A stretch of 64,000 nucleotides of DNA from Sneathiellales bacterium (GCA_028277845.1 JANQFL010000011.1:200887-264886), one strand, 5' to 3'. Numbered from the stretch's first letter, positions 30,679 to 41,991 are shown. Notes: generated from the sequence alone by a model not told the origin. Made by a program: numbers and translations.

Positions 30679-30918
30679 CTACATTTTGTTGTGCGCGCCA
30701 TCGCACAGAGGTTTTTTACCGCTGTTCTTGCAGCCACAAAAATAGACCGTCTTGGCCTTTTCGGCCTGCCATTTGACCGGCGAGAACCCGGTATCCTTGT
30801 GCGAGCCATCGCAAAACGGCTGCTTCTGGCTGCGGCCGCATGCGCACCAGAAGTAGGATTTACCCTCCTCGACATCAACTGCGAAGGGTCCCTTCTGCGC
30901 AACCACTGGCTCAGCCAT
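30679..30918 (-). CDS. CDGSH iron-sulfur domain protein (two CDGSH motifs)
   Basis: [17 protein letters not shown] and [17 protein letters not shown]. Confidence 0.85.
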   Translation of the reverse strand: MAEPVVAQKGPFAVDVEEGKSYFWCACGRSQKQPFCDGSHKDTGFSPVKWQAEKAKTVYFCGCKNSGKKPLCDGAHNKM

Positions 30919-31065
30919 ATCCCGTCTTCCTTCTTGGCACGCTGTATATTAGGTTCGGTCGGCACCTATCGGCGGGACCGGGTGGTGGCACGGACTTTAC
31001 TGGCCAAGCGCCTGATGTACAAGGACACCTTGGTTGCGTGGATCAATCGAGCCGGCACGAATCGC

Positions 31066-32013
31066 ATGGAAGAGAAACCGAACCTGACATTACTTCTGGC
31101 CAACCCGCGCGGGTTTTGCGCCGGCGTCGACCGGGCGATCCAAATCGTTGAGATCGCGCTGCGCAAATACGGCGCGCCGGTCTATGTGCGGCACGAAATC
31201 GTGCACAACCGCTATGTGGTCGAATCCCTCGAAAGCGCAGGCGCCGTGTTCGTGGAGGACCTGGACGAGGTCCCCGACGGCGTGCCCGTCGTGTTCTCCG
31301 CCCACGGCGTGCCCAAATCCGTACCGGCCGAGGCCGAGCGCCGCGGCCTTTTCTACCTGGACGCCACCTGTCCCCTGGTCAGCAAAGTCCACCGGGAGGC
31401 GGAACGCCACCACGACAAGGACCGGCGCATTGTCATGATCGGGCATGCCGGGCACCCGGAAGTGATCGGCACCATGGGCCAACTGCCCGAAGGCGCGGTC
31501 ATCCTGGTGGAGAACGAAGAACAGGCGGCAACGGTTGCCGTCGACCATCCCGATCATTTGGCCTTCATCACCCAGACCACGCTTTCGGTGGACGAGACGG
31601 CGGGTATCATCGACATCCTCAAACGCCGCTTTCCGGCGATCCAGAGTCCACGCAAGGAGGATATTTGCTATGCCACCACCAACCGCCAGCAGGCCGTCAA
31701 AACCCTGGCGCCGCGCTGCGATGCGGTACTGGTGATCGGCGCGCCCAATTCGTCCAACTCCCTGCGGCTGGTGGAAGTGGCGCGCACTGCCGGTTGCGCC
31801 AATGCCGTTCTTGTGCAGCGGGCCGACGACATCGACTGGCCGTCGCTGGCCGGCGCCGGAACCGTGGCCATCACGGCCGGGGCATCGGCCCCTGAAATTC
31901 TGGTGGAGGAAGTGATCACCGCGTTCCGGGAACGCTACACCGTCGCCATCGAAAGTGCCGTCGAAGTGCCCGAAAACGTTCATTTCAAGCTGCCGCGCGC
32001 GCTGGCTGGCTGA
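31066..32013 (+). CDS. ispH: 4-hydroxy-3-methylbut-2-enyl diphosphate reductase IspH
   Basis: [14 protein letters not shown]...VRHEIVHN...GHAGHPEV...ITQTTLS...APNSSNS. The track ORF (30691..32013) is a spurious upstream extension that overlaps the CDGSH gene. Confidence 0.9.
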   Translation: MEEKPNLTLLLANPRGFCAGVDRAIQIVEIALRKYGAPVYVRHEIVHNRYVVESLESAGAVFVEDLDEVPDGVPVVFSAHGVPKSVPAEAERRGLFYLDATCPLVSKVHREAERHHDKDRRIVMIGHAGHPEVIGTMGQLPEGAVILVENEEQAATVAVDHPDHLAFITQTTLSVDETAGIIDILKRRFPAIQSPRKEDICYATTNRQQAVKTLAPRCDAVLVIGAPNSSNSLRLVEVARTAGCANAVLVQRADDIDWPSLAGAGTVAITAGASAPEILVEEVITAFRERYTVAIESAVEVPENVHFKLPRALAG

Positions 32014-32039
32014 CTGCACGGACCGGGAGCGGACAGAGC

Positions 32040-33002
32040 ATGGCAGTTTATACGGAGGTTGGCGACGAGGAACTGGAAGCGTTTCTCGCCGAGTATGACA
32101 TCGGCACGGTGGTGTCTTGCAAGGGCATTGCCGAAGGTGTCGAGAACTCCAACTACCTGCTGCAAACGGACCGGAATACATTCATCCTCACCCTGTATGA
32201 GAAACGGGTGCGCGAGGAGGATCTGCCCTTCTTCATTGCCCTGATGGACCATTTGGCCGGCAAAGGGCTGAGTTGCCCGACACCGGTTCACGGCAAGGAC
32301 GGGGAGGCGCTGCGCCGTCTCGCCGACCGGCCCGCAGCCATCATCAGCTTTCTGCAGGGCATGTGGGTGCGCAAGCCGACGCCGCAGCATTGCCACGGCC
32401 TGGGCCAGGCGCTGGCGGAATTTCATCTGGCCGGCCAGGACTTCGCCATGCAACGGCCCAATGACCTGTCGGTCAAGGGCTGGCATACGCTGTTCGCCGA
32501 CTGTGCCGAGCGGGCCGATACGGTCGCGCCCGGCCTGCGCGACGAACTGGAAAGCGAACTGAACTATCTGACCGCACACTGGCCCGGCGACCTACCGAGT
32601 GGCGTCATCCATGCCGACCTGTTCCCCGACAACGTGTTTTTCCTCGGCAAGACACTGTCGGGGTTGATCGACTTCTATTTCGCCTGCAACGACTTCCTGG
32701 CCTACGACATCGCCGTTTGCCTCAACGCCTGGTGTTTCGAACCCGATACGTCGTTCAACGTCACCAAGGCCCGGTTGATGCTGCAGGCCTACCGCGATGT
32801 CCGGCCCATATCCTCGAACGAGCTTCAAGCCCTTCCTCTGCTGTCCCGCGGCGCGGCGCTCCGCTTTCTGCTGACCCGCCTTTATGACTGGCTCAATCAG
32901 ATCGAAGGTGCCCTGGTCAAACCCAAGGACCCGATCGAGTACCTGCGCAAGATCCGTTTTCACCGGGATGTCGGCGGCCCCGGCGCCTACGGACTGGATT
33001 GA
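32040..33002 (+). CDS. thrB: Homoserine kinase type II (ThrB, APH-like fold)
   Basis: APH/ChoK-like kinase motifs ([19 protein letters not shown]). Conserved ispH-thrB-rnhA synteny in alphaproteobacteria. Confidence 0.8.
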   Translation: MAVYTEVGDEELEAFLAEYDIGTVVSCKGIAEGVENSNYLLQTDRNTFILTLYEKRVREEDLPFFIALMDHLAGKGLSCPTPVHGKDGEALRRLADRPAAIISFLQGMWVRKPTPQHCHGLGQALAEFHLAGQDFAMQRPNDLSVKGWHTLFADCAERADTVAPGLRDELESELNYLTAHWPGDLPSGVIHADLFPDNVFFLGKTLSGLIDFYFACNDFLAYDIAVCLNAWCFEPDTSFNVTKARLMLQAYRDVRPISSNELQALPLLSRGAALRFLLTRLYDWLNQIEGALVKPKDPIEYLRKIRFHRDVGGPGAYGLD

Positions 33003-33005
33003 AGC

Positions 33006-33440
33006 ATGGGTGTGGTGGAGATCTATACGGACGGCGCCTGTTCGGGCAATCCCGGGCCCGGCGGCTGGGGCGCCCTGTTGCGCTACAACGGCACCGAACG
33101 GGAACTGTTCGGCGGCGAGACCGGAACCACCAACAACCGCATGGAGCTGATGGCCGCCATCGAAGCCCTGAATGCCTTGAAGCGGCCCTGCACGGTCCAT
33201 CTCTATACCGACAGCACCTATGTCAAACAGGGCATCACAGACTGGATCAACCGTTGGAAAGCCAACGGCTGGCGTACCGCCGGCAAGAAACCGGTAAAAA
33301 ATCAGGACTTGTGGCAGGCCCTGGATGACGCGTTGGTGCGCCACGATATCGAGTGGCATTGGGTCAAGGGCCACGCCGGCCACCCTGACAACGAACGCGC
33401 CGACGAACTGGCCCGGCGCGGTATTCCGGGCAGCGAATGA
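33006..33440 (+). CDS. rnhA: Ribonuclease HI
   Basis: [20 protein letters not shown]...NNRMEL...HLYTDSTYV...[18 protein letters not shown]. Confidence 0.9.
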   Translation: MGVVEIYTDGACSGNPGPGGWGALLRYNGTERELFGGETGTTNNRMELMAAIEALNALKRPCTVHLYTDSTYVKQGITDWINRWKANGWRTAGKKPVKNQDLWQALDDALVRHDIEWHWVKGHAGHPDNERADELARRGIPGSE

Positions 33441-33446
33441 CAGATA

Positions 33447-33953
33447 TCAGTTCTCCCGTACTGGTTTGAACGCGTGCACGCCTGCGGCTACTTGCCGTTG
33501 CTGGGCGGGAGTCATGTGTTCCAGCAAAACGTCGCGTCGTTTTGCTGCCCAGTCCAGCCCCTGTCGGGCGGCCAAGGACAGCCAGGTCACCGCGCGCACA
33601 AGTGAGTCTGCGTCCGTTGCATCGCGGGACAACAAGTGACCGAGTTGTTGCTGAGCGAACCCGTCACCGCGCCGTGCCGCGAAGCGGTACCAATGCTTGG
33701 CCCTGGCAAGATCCCTATCGACGCCTTCCCCGGTTTCATAGAGCCCGGCCAACGCCGCTGCCGCCCCGACATGCCCGTTCGCCGCAGCTGACGTCCATTG
33801 GCGTACGGCTTCTCCGTAATCGCCGCCGTCGTAGGCGCGTGCGCCTTCGGCCATGCCGTTCGCATAGACCGGACCGATGGCCACGACGACCACTGCGAAA
33901 ATGGCACAAAAAAGGGGAGCCATGCCCCCCTTTTCCGTCAAATTCCTCATCAC
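33447..33953 (-). CDS. Sel1/TPR-like repeat protein, secreted
   Basis: N-terminal signal peptide. Repeated A-x-x-G-x-x-x-A-x-x-x-L-G-x-x-Y-x-x-G blocks. Confidence 0.65.
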   Translation of the reverse strand: MMRNLTEKGGMAPLFCAIFAVVVVAIGPVYANGMAEGARAYDGGDYGEAVRQWTSAAANGHVGAAAALAGLYETGEGVDRDLARAKHWYRFAARRGDGFAQQQLGHLLSRDATDADSLVRAVTWLSLAARQGLDWAAKRRDVLLEHMTPAQQRQVAAGVHAFKPVREN

Positions 33954-33960
33954 TGGACCA

Positions 33961-34443
33961 TCAGAGATGCTCGAGGATGGTTTCCGCGTTGCTGACCTCG
34001 AAGGACGGCCCCTGTTCCACGTTCAGGTCGGTGACGACGCCGTCATCGACGATCATGGAATAACGCTGCGAGCGCACGCCCATGCCGCGCTCCGTCAGGT
34101 CCAGCACCAAGCCGGCGGCCTGTGTGAATTGAGCACTGCCGTCCGCCAACATGGCGACCTTGTCACCGACGTTTTGGTCCTTGCCCCACGCACCCATGAC
34201 GAAGGCATCGTTGACCGACAGGCAGGCGATGGTGTCGACGCCCTTGGCTTTGATGTCATCGGCATGATTGACGAATCCGGGCAAGTGTTGCGCCGAGCAA
34301 GTCGGGGTGAAAGCGCCGGGAAGCGCGAATACTACGACTTTCTTACCGGAAAACAGATCCGAACTCGATACGGCCTGCGGTCCGGATTCGGTCATCTGCA
34401 TGAAAGTCGCGTCGGGTACTTTATCGCCTACCTTTAGAGTCAT
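33961..34443 (-). CDS. Peroxiredoxin (Prx5-like, PRX5 subfamily)
   Basis: ALPGAFTPTCS, with the peroxidatic Cys in a TPTC context. 160 aa. Confidence 0.85.
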   Translation of the reverse strand: MTLKVGDKVPDATFMQMTESGPQAVSSSDLFSGKKVVVFALPGAFTPTCSAQHLPGFVNHADDIKAKGVDTIACLSVNDAFVMGAWGKDQNVGDKVAMLADGSAQFTQAAGLVLDLTERGMGVRSQRYSMIVDDGVVTDLNVEQGPSFEVSNAETILEHL

Positions 34444-34583
34444 TTTGCCCTCTCGTTGTACGTGGCGGCTTTTTCATGAATAACCTCCACGGTTTGTTGA
34501 CACTTCGCAATCGGAAATAGGCATTCTCGGCGGCAAGTCCAGTCCTTTGTGGAACAGCCATCGGAATACCGTTCCATTTAGCG

Positions 34584-35540
34584 TTACTTTGCCGGCAAGG
34601 AAATTCGTCTTTCGATCGCACGCCCACCGTCGATGACCGTCAATATCAACGTTTTGCCGGTGACCGACCGCATTTTGGTGTGGCTCACCGCGATGCGCGC
34701 CGTCATGTCGCGCCCGCCGCTACCCGCCGCCGAGAACTCCGGCCGGGAAAAATGATAGGGCGGCGCACCCGGCACAGCTTCCTCGACCAGGATATCCGGC
34801 ATTCCGAGCGCGGTTTCCGACCGGAGACGGACAATCAACACCTCCTGTCCCGCCGCGCCTTCGACCGCCGCGGACGCCACCGCCAGTCCGCCGGCCATGC
34901 CCCCGCCTTCGACGACCACGGGAACCCGGCGGAGATACCGTTCCAGCAGCGGTGCGAATACCGTTGGTTTCGCCGCCGCAACCGGCAATCTCAGTGACAA
35001 CTCCGCCGTATAGGGAATACAAATCTCCCGGCACAGGCCGTAATCCAGCTTCAGTTCGAGGCGCACGGGCTTGGCTGCATTGCCCGGCCGAACCCGCAAC
35101 GGATAGACCACTTCGTCGGCGTAGGCGAAGGTATCGAAACCGAAAATGGTGTAGCGTTTTGGCGCCGGCCACAACGTCGCCACATGCGCAACGTTTTCCG
35201 ACCGCGACCAATCGAAATGAGGTGGAAGTCCGGACTCGCCGGGCGAACGCCAATAGATCTTCCAGCCGGGATCGAGTTCGACCTGCAATCCAACCAACAT
35301 GGTTTCGGCCGTTGCATCCACCGCCGATACCAGGCGCATGCGTCCCTGGTCGTTGGACAACCACGACGATGCCCCTTCCAGCGCCAATGCCTGACTTTGA
35401 CAGGCGAACAATACCGACGCCATGAACGCCGGTCGGGCAAGCCAGGGAAATAATTTTGACAACGTATTCAATCTTGTACCCAGTAAACGTATCTGCTCCG
35501 CGGTGTTTTGTTGGCTGGTCCGCAACACATTGTTAGCCAT
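34584..35540 (-). CDS. Hypothetical periplasmic protein, possibly a thiol:disulfide-interchange (DsbD N-terminal-like) domain
   Basis: Signal peptide. The assignment is weak. Contains Cys in a CREICIP context. Confidence 0.4.
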   Translation of the reverse strand: MANNVLRTSQQNTAEQIRLLGTRLNTLSKLFPWLARPAFMASVLFACQSQALALEGASSWLSNDQGRMRLVSAVDATAETMLVGLQVELDPGWKIYWRSPGESGLPPHFDWSRSENVAHVATLWPAPKRYTIFGFDTFAYADEVVYPLRVRPGNAAKPVRLELKLDYGLCREICIPYTAELSLRLPVAAAKPTVFAPLLERYLRRVPVVVEGGGMAGGLAVASAAVEGAAGQEVLIVRLRSETALGMPDILVEEAVPGAPPYHFSRPEFSAAGSGGRDMTARIAVSHTKMRSVTGKTLILTVIDGGRAIERRISLPAK

Positions 35541-35628
35541 TATTCGGCGAGGAATGTTTAGGAACGAGTCACTTTATCGTGCGCATAATATCCGTGCCGA
35601 CATCTTTCCGTTTCGCTAAACTGTCCGA

Positions 35629-36204
35629 GTGATGAACGAAGCAAACGAAGAAGGTTATCTGGAAGGCCAGTTGCTGATCGCCATGCCCAGCATGACCGAT
35701 CCGCGGTTCGAGCGGACGGTGATCTATATGTGCGCCCATTCCGCCGCCGGCGCCATGGGGCTGGTCATCAACAAGGCGGCCGAAACGATCACCTTTCCCG
35801 ACCTTCTCGTCCAACTTGGGATCGAACCTGTCGACACGACGCGGAACATCACCGTGCATTTTGGCGGGCCCGTCGATTCCGGCCGGGGTTTTGTCCTGCA
35901 CTCCGCCGACTATGTGCGCGAGGGAACCTTGCTGGTCAGCGACGATGTCGCCCTGACTGCCACGCTCGATGTCTTGCGTTCCATGGCGGACGGCACGGGG
36001 CCGCAGCAATCCATGCTTGCATTGGGCTATGCCGGTTGGGCGCCGGGGCAGTTGGACGCCGAAATTCAGGCGAACGGCTGGCTGCACACCGAAGCCGATA
36101 CCGACCTGGTATTCGACGCGACCCTCGAAGACAAATGGGAACGGGCGTTCGAAACTCTGGGCATCGATCCCAGCCTGCTGTCCATGGACGCCGGCCACGC
36201 CTGA
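35629..36204 (+). CDS. YqgE/AlgH family protein (UPF0301)
   Basis: LEGQLLIAMPSMTDPRFERTVIYMCAHSAAGAMGLVINK is characteristic of the family. Confidence 0.8.
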   Translation: MMNEANEEGYLEGQLLIAMPSMTDPRFERTVIYMCAHSAAGAMGLVINKAAETITFPDLLVQLGIEPVDTTRNITVHFGGPVDSGRGFVLHSADYVREGTLLVSDDVALTATLDVLRSMADGTGPQQSMLALGYAGWAPGQLDAEIQANGWLHTEADTDLVFDATLEDKWERAFETLGIDPSLLSMDAGHA

Positions 36205-36213
36205 GAGTTGGCC

Positions 36214-36804
36214 TCAGCGCACGGGGGCGTCGTTGACCAACCCATACAAGACGTGATCCTGCCACCGGCCGTCTATCTTGAGATAAGCGCGCGCATAGCC
36301 TTCCTCGCAAAACCCGACCGAACGCAACAAGCTGCGGCTTGCCGTGTTGTTGGGTAGACAGGCGGCTTCGATGCGGTGCAGGCGCAAATCCCTGAAGCCG
36401 AACCGCACGACACGCGCCAGCGCGTCCTTCATGTAGCCCTGCCGGACAAACGATTCACCCATCCAGTATCCGACCGAACAGGCCCGCGAAACGCCATAGC
36501 GCAGATTGGACAAGGTAATACCGCCAACCAGCACCTCATCGGACGTGCGGAAAATCAGAAAACTGTATCCGGTGCCGTCGCGCGTCGCCTCGCCATGACG
36601 GCGCAGGCGGCGGCGGAACGCCGCCCGGGTCAGGCTGTCACGCGACCACTCGGGTTCCCAGGGTTTGAGAAACGTCTGGCTTCGTCCCCGCAACGCGGCC
36701 CATTCCTGCCAATCGCGATAGCGCGGTGGGCGCAGCGTCACGGCGTCCCCCGTCAGGGTAGGGCCCGGATTGGCGTAGAGAACCTTGTCGAACAGGACGT
36801 TCAC
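36214..36804 (-). CDS. GNAT family N-acetyltransferase (RimJ-like)
   Basis: Acetyl-CoA binding region (RQGYMKDALARVVRFGF...HRIEAAC). Confidence 0.7.
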   Translation of the reverse strand: MNVLFDKVLYANPGPTLTGDAVTLRPPRYRDWQEWAALRGRSQTFLKPWEPEWSRDSLTRAAFRRRLRRHGEATRDGTGYSFLIFRTSDEVLVGGITLSNLRYGVSRACSVGYWMGESFVRQGYMKDALARVVRFGFRDLRLHRIEAACLPNNTASRSLLRSVGFCEEGYARAYLKIDGRWQDHVLYGLVNDAPVR

Positions 36805-36863
36805 GGCATTCCAGATGCTGATTCCTTGGGAACGGGGACGCCAAATGCGTGCCCCGGGGAAGT

Positions 36864-38201
36864 TCAGCCAAATCTTGCCGCGATCCGCTCGTAGTTTTCA
36901 AGCCGCGTGATCGGTCCAATGGCAGCGACCGACGGCGTCCCTGCCTCGATCATGTCCCTGGCCGCCTTGCTGACCGACGCCGCATCGACGCTGTCGATGG
37001 CGTCGATGATTTCCCGGGTCGTCAGCGGCCGGCCGTAAACATGCATTTGCCGGCCCAGCTGCTCGCCGCGCGATGAAGAACTTTCCAGCGTCATCAGTAC
37101 ACTGGCCTTGAGCTGCGCCCGTGCCCGCGCGACCTCGCCCTCCTCCACCCGGTCTGCGACCTTGAGCACCTCGTCGCAAATGACGGGAACCAGTTCGGCG
37201 ATGTCGTCGGCACCGGTGCCGGCATAGATGGTGAACAGGCCGTCATCCATATATGATCCCGAGAACGAATAGACCGAATAGGCCAGCCCGCGGTTTTCCC
37301 GCACCTCCTGAAAGAGGCGCGACGACATGCCGCCACCCAGCACCGCCGACATCACCTGGGACGGGTAATATCCCTCATCGTGAAAGGCGACGCTGCGGAA
37401 CCCCAGGGTGAAATGCACCTGCTCCAACGACCGGGCATCCAGCACCGGGCCACCGGCATAACGCGCGCCTTCGGGTGCGTCGGCAACTGCGTCGGAGATG
37501 CCGGCGAAGGCCTTTTGCGCCAGTCCGACCACCGCATCGTGATCGACGCCGCCGGCGGCCGCCAATACCATGGTTCCTCCGGTGTAGTGCCTGTTCATGT
37601 AGCCCGACAGGTCGTTGCGGCCGAAGCCACGGACCCGGTCGACGGTACCGAGGATCGAGCGGCCCATGGCCTGTTCCGGATACGCCGCCATTTGCAGATT
37701 GTCGAACACGATGTCGTCGGGCGTGTCGTTGGTCTGGCCGATTTCCTGGATGATGACTTCGCGCTCGCGTTCCAGTTCGCCTTCGTCGAATACCGAATGC
37801 AACAGGATATCGCCAAGCAGGTCGACGGCCAGCGGCACGTCGCCTTTCAGCACCCGGGCAAAATACGCGGTCTGCTCACGACTGGTGTAGGCGTTGAGGT
37901 ACCCGCCCACCGCTTCGATGCATTCGGCGATTTCACGGGCGTCACGGCTTTCCGTACCCTTGAACGCCATATGTTCGAGCATGTGCGAGACGCCATTGCT
38001 CTCGGGGCTTTCGTTGCGGGCACCGACGCCGACCCAGACGCCGACGGATGCGGTCTCCAGATGCGGCATGGTGTGGGTCACGACACGCATGCCGTTGTCG
38101 AGGGTGGTTACGGAAACGTCCAAGGTCGGCGGACTCCGGTCTGTAAGTGGTCTAAAGGGTAGCCCTGTCAGAGATATAGGACTGAACGGCCAACAAGTCA
38201 T
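36864..38201 (-). CDS. M16 family zinc peptidase (insulinase-like)
   Basis: HxxEH inverted zinc motif (GVSHMLEHMAFKGT). The real start is probably internal (near VSVTTLDNGMRVV), because the ORF as drawn overlaps the thrC 3' end by 50 nt. Confidence 0.8.
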   Translation of the reverse strand: MTCWPFSPISLTGLPFRPLTDRSPPTLDVSVTTLDNGMRVVTHTMPHLETASVGVWVGVGARNESPESNGVSHMLEHMAFKGTESRDAREIAECIEAVGGYLNAYTSREQTAYFARVLKGDVPLAVDLLGDILLHSVFDEGELEREREVIIQEIGQTNDTPDDIVFDNLQMAAYPEQAMGRSILGTVDRVRGFGRNDLSGYMNRHYTGGTMVLAAAGGVDHDAVVGLAQKAFAGISDAVADAPEGARYAGGPVLDARSLEQVHFTLGFRSVAFHDEGYYPSQVMSAVLGGGMSSRLFQEVRENRGLAYSVYSFSGSYMDDGLFTIYAGTGADDIAELVPVICDEVLKVADRVEEGEVARARAQLKASVLMTLESSSSRGEQLGRQMHVYGRPLTTREIIDAIDSVDAASVSKAARDMIEAGTPSVAAIGPITRLENYERIAARFG

Positions 38202-39558
38202 GGGGCAGCACGTCGAATCGTTCCGGCTTGTCCATCAGCGCCGCCAGGCGTGCGGGCATGGCCGGCGTACGGCCGCAGGACGTCTCCACCGCCGCCGGGA
38301 ACTTGGCCGGATGGGCCGTGGACAGGGTGATCATAGGGACGTCGGCCGCCACCAGCCCCCGCCCGCGCGCCTCGGCCGCCGCGTGCAGGCCGACCGCGGT
38401 GTGCGGGTCGATCAGTTCACCGGTTTCGCTTAAGGTCCGGTCGATGGTCGCCGCGGTGTCCTCCTCGCTGCAGCGCAGGCCGGCGAATTGGCTGTTGGCC
38501 CGGGCCAGGATGTTGCCCGGCACGGTGAACGCACCGGACTGGGTGAAGCCGTCCATCAGGCCGCGCACCCGGTCGCCGTCCCGGTCGCACAGATCAAAGA
38601 GCAAGCGCTCGAAGTTGGACGACACCTGGATGTCCATGCTCGGGCTCATGGTCGGCTCGACCGTGCCGGACCGATAGCTGCCGCTCTCGAAGAACCGGGC
38701 CAGGATGTCGTTGCGGTTGGTGGCGACCAGCAGCCGATCGATGGGCAGCCCCATGAGCGATGCGCCGTAGCCGGCGAAGACATCGCCGAAATTGCCCGTC
38801 GGCACCGAGAACGCCACCGGCCGGTGCGGTCCGCCGAGCGACACGGCGGCGGTGAAGTAGTAGACGATCTGCGCCATCACCCGTGCCCAATTGATCGAGT
38901 TGACCGCCGACAGACTGAGTCGGTCCCGGAAGGCCTGGTCGTTGAACATGGCTTTCACCAACGCCTGGCAATCGTCGAATGTGCCCTCGATGGCGATGTT
39001 GTGCACGTTGGCGTCGGCGACCGTCGTCATCTGCCGGCGCTGCACATCCGACACCCGGCCGTAGGGATGCAGGATGAAGATGTCGATCGCGTCACGCCCA
39101 CGGCAGGCCTCGATGGCCGCCGAGCCGGTATCGCCCGAGGTGGCGCCGACGATGGTCACCCGCTTGCCCCGGCGGCTCAGCACGTTATCGAACAACCGGC
39201 CCAGGAGCTGCAGGGCGCAATCCTTGAAGGCGAAAGTCGGGCCGTGGAACAGCTCGAGCAGGAATTCGTTGGCGCCGACCTGCTTCAGCGGCACCACGGC
39301 GGGATGGTCGAAGCCGACATAAGCGTCTTCGACAATGGCGGCGAACTCGTCGGCCAACGGACTTGGACCGATGAACGGCAGCATGACCTCGGTGGCCACC
39401 TCGGCATAACTCTTGCCCGCCATGGCGGCGATGGTCTCGCCCGGTAGCCGCGGCCAGGTGACGGGCAGATACAAGCCGCCGTCACGGGCCAGCCCGGTCA
39501 GCAGGACATCCTCAAACTCAAGCTCGGGGGCCGCCCCCCGGGTGCTGGTATAGCGCAC
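38152..39558 (-). CDS. thrC: Threonine synthase
   Basis: The PLP-lysine context FAFKDCALQ and the typical start VRYTSTRG (GTG). The track ORF extends to 39594. Confidence 0.9.
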   Translation of the reverse strand: MRYTSTRGAAPELEFEDVLLTGLARDGGLYLPVTWPRLPGETIAAMAGKSYAEVATEVMLPFIGPSPLADEFAAIVEDAYVGFDHPAVVPLKQVGANEFLLELFHGPTFAFKDCALQLLGRLFDNVLSRRGKRVTIVGATSGDTGSAAIEACRGRDAIDIFILHPYGRVSDVQRRQMTTVADANVHNIAIEGTFDDCQALVKAMFNDQAFRDRLSLSAVNSINWARVMAQIVYYFTAAVSLGGPHRPVAFSVPTGNFGDVFAGYGASLMGLPIDRLLVATNRNDILARFFESGSYRSGTVEPTMSPSMDIQVSSNFERLLFDLCDRDGDRVRGLMDGFTQSGAFTVPGNILARANSQFAGLRCSEEDTAATIDRTLSETGELIDPHTAVGLHAAAEARGRGLVAADVPMITLSTAHPAKFPAAVETSCGRTPAMPARLAALMDKPERFDVLPHDLLAVQSYISDRATL

Positions 39559-39770
39559 ACTGCACTCCGAAGTTCCCGCGCAACGCGGGGTCAAAAAGCG
39601 GCGCGTAGCCTATAGGCGGCGGGGGTATGAGGCAAGGGCTGGGAACGACATAATCACCAAACGGCGCGCCCAAATGGACGGTTATGCCTGATCCAACGAT
39701 CTCTTTCTTTTCCGCAGCGATTGCGTCACGCTAGGACGCAAAGCAGGCAGGCAAAACGACAAGGAGCAGG

Positions 39771-41348
39771 TTGTTGGAGCAGCGTGGGATCGTCATCGGC
39801 GGCGGCGGGCCGGTGGGATTGGGGTTGGCTATCGATTTGGGCCAGCGCGGGATCGACGTGCTGGTGCTGGAGCGGTCCCTGAATTTACACAACATTCCCA
39901 AGGGCCAGAACCTGACCCAGCGCACCGGCGAGCATTTCCAGGCCTGGGGCGTGGCCGAGGCGATGACGCTGGCCCGGCCGATCCCCGCCACCTTCGGCGA
40001 CGAGGGCATGACCACCTACGGCACCATCCTCGGCGATTACCGCTATGACTGGCACCGCCGCAAGGACGTGCGGGAGTATTACAACGCCGACAATCTGCGC
40101 ATTCCGCAATACGGCGCCGAAGCGATCCTGCGCGCCCGCTGTGATGAGCTGGAGAGTATCGAAGTCCGTTACGGCGCGCGCGCCACGGAGGTAACTCAGG
40201 ATGCGGACCGGGCCGTCGTGACATACGAAGATGATGATGGCGTGACCGGCAGCGTATCCGCCACTTACGTCGTTGGCTGCGACGGCGCCCGGTCACTGGT
40301 GCGCGAACAGGCCGGCATCCAACAGGACTTCACCGACAATCGGAACCGTATGTGCCTGATCGTGTTCCGATCGACGGAACTGCACGACCTGCTGCAACGC
40401 CATCCGGGTAAATCCTATTTCAACGCAGTACGGCCCGAGCATAAGGGCTACTGGCTGTTTCTCGGCCGGGTCGATTTGGGCCGCACATGGTTCTTCCACG
40501 CTCCGGTACCGCTCGACGCCACCCGGGACAATTTCGACTTCGAGGCATTTCTGCACGACGCCGTCGGCGCCGAGTTCGCCATGGAGTTCGACTATGTCGG
40601 TTTTTGGGACCTGCGTATCTCGCACGCCCAAAGCTACCGGTCGGGCCGCCTGTTCATCGCCGGCGACGCCGCCCACAGTCACCCGCCCTATGGCGGCTAC
40701 GGCGTCAACACGGGCTTCGAGGATGCCCGCAACCTGGCCTGGAAACTGGCCGCCGACATGGACGGTTGGGCCGGCCCGGGCCTGTTGGACAGCTACGGCG
40801 CCGAGCGCCACCCTGTGTTCGCTTCGACCGCCGAGGACTTCATCCGCCGCATGATCCGCGAGGACGGTGCGTTCGTGAACGCCTTCGATCCGGCAAAAGA
40901 TAGAGCTGCGTTCGAGGCCAAATGGCGCGAACGGGCCAACAGCACCAAGAAGGACGTCGCCGGCTTCAACCCCAACTACGCCGGTTCGCCGGTGGTCGTC
41001 GGCGGCAGCGGAGAAAGCGGCGCCTTGGCCGCTCACAGCCACCGGGCGACGCCGGGATATCATCTGACGCCGCATCGGCTGGCGGACGGCGGCAATGTCT
41101 ACGACCACCTGGCCGCCGACCGCTTCACTCTGCTATCCGCCGGTGCCGATGCGGCCGATGCCGCCGCTTTTGCCGAAGCCGTCGGCCGCTCCAGTATCCC
41201 GTTGCAGATCGTCGATGCCGCGTCGGAAGACGCGGCGACCTGGCGCGCCAAGCTCATCCTGGTGCGGCCCGACAATTACGTGGCCTTCGCCGCCGACCGA
41301 CTGACCGGCGATGCCGACGACATCTTGGGGAAGGCTGCGGGTTACTGA
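39771..41348 (+). CDS. FAD-dependent aromatic-ring monooxygenase (PheA/TfdB-like)
   Basis: GGGPVGLGLAIDL dinucleotide-binding motif, the DG motif (VGCDGARS) and GD(A)AH (FIAGDAAHSHPP). Confidence 0.8.
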   Translation: MLEQRGIVIGGGGPVGLGLAIDLGQRGIDVLVLERSLNLHNIPKGQNLTQRTGEHFQAWGVAEAMTLARPIPATFGDEGMTTYGTILGDYRYDWHRRKDVREYYNADNLRIPQYGAEAILRARCDELESIEVRYGARATEVTQDADRAVVTYEDDDGVTGSVSATYVVGCDGARSLVREQAGIQQDFTDNRNRMCLIVFRSTELHDLLQRHPGKSYFNAVRPEHKGYWLFLGRVDLGRTWFFHAPVPLDATRDNFDFEAFLHDAVGAEFAMEFDYVGFWDLRISHAQSYRSGRLFIAGDAAHSHPPYGGYGVNTGFEDARNLAWKLAADMDGWAGPGLLDSYGAERHPVFASTAEDFIRRMIREDGAFVNAFDPAKDRAAFEAKWRERANSTKKDVAGFNPNYAGSPVVVGGSGESGALAAHSHRATPGYHLTPHRLADGGNVYDHLAADRFTLLSAGADAADAAAFAEAVGRSSIPLQIVDAASEDAATWRAKLILVRPDNYVAFAADRLTGDADDILGKAAGY

Positions 41349-41397
41349 GCGTCAAATGCAGCTTTATGCTATTCGCACGACAAACACTCCCCGGAGC

Positions 41398-41991
41398 CTA
41401 CTTTTTGATTTCCACTGAGCGCATGGTTGAATGGGAATAGATTTCCAATATTACCTTGATGTCGTTTGTTTTCTTGTTCTTAGCGCACTCCAGTAGCCGC
41501 CAAGAACGGTCCAAATTGTGAACTTCAACCCGCCCCAATCCGATCCCCGCATTCGGCCTGAGATGATATCGGCATGGATTGGCGGAGATCTCCAAAATCG
41601 CATTTCGAACATCGTCGAGATCGAATAAGTCTTTGCTCGTACGGAGAACCACGCAGTGTTCCAAGAAGATGTAACTTGGGCAGTGTTTTTTGGAGTCCGT
41701 GCTGTCGACAATTTTACAAGTCCGCCGTGATTCTTTGTTCTTTTCAAGCAGTTCGTCCGGTTGACAATACTTGGCACCGAGGCCAACGATTGGAACCGCC
41801 GGGACGTAGAGATCGTGAGCGTTGCGATTGGTAATGCGAGCAACGATTAATTCGGCGACTGCGGCGCTACGGTAAATGTCGACATTGTAATAGTGGTAAT
41901 GTCGATCCCACGACCGCTTAACCCAAGCTACGAGTAACAATGCCGCAACAGCGGTCGCAATGGCGATTTTTCGCTTGCTGAGGCGTGTCAT
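41398..41991 (-). CDS. Orphan hypothetical protein with an N-terminal signal-anchor and 6 Cys, in an AT-rich islet
   Basis: 197-aa ORF inside a roughly 700-bp low-GC patch (41.35-42.08 kb). No recognisable domains. Confidence 0.35.
   Translation of the reverse strand: MTRLSKRKIAIATAVAALLLVAWVKRSWDRHYHYYNVDIYRSAAVAELIVARITNRNAHDLYVPAVPIVGLGAKYCQPDELLEKNKESRRTCKIVDSTDSKKHCPSYIFLEHCVVLRTSKDLFDLDDVRNAILEISANPCRYHLRPNAGIGLGRVEVHNLDRSWRLLECAKNKKTNDIKVILEIYSHSTMRSVEIKK

Noticed and set aside
30691-31065. N-terminal 125-codon extension of the ispH ORF
   Set aside because: It overlaps the CDGSH gene on the opposite strand. Canonical IspH begins at [21 protein letters not shown] at 31066.
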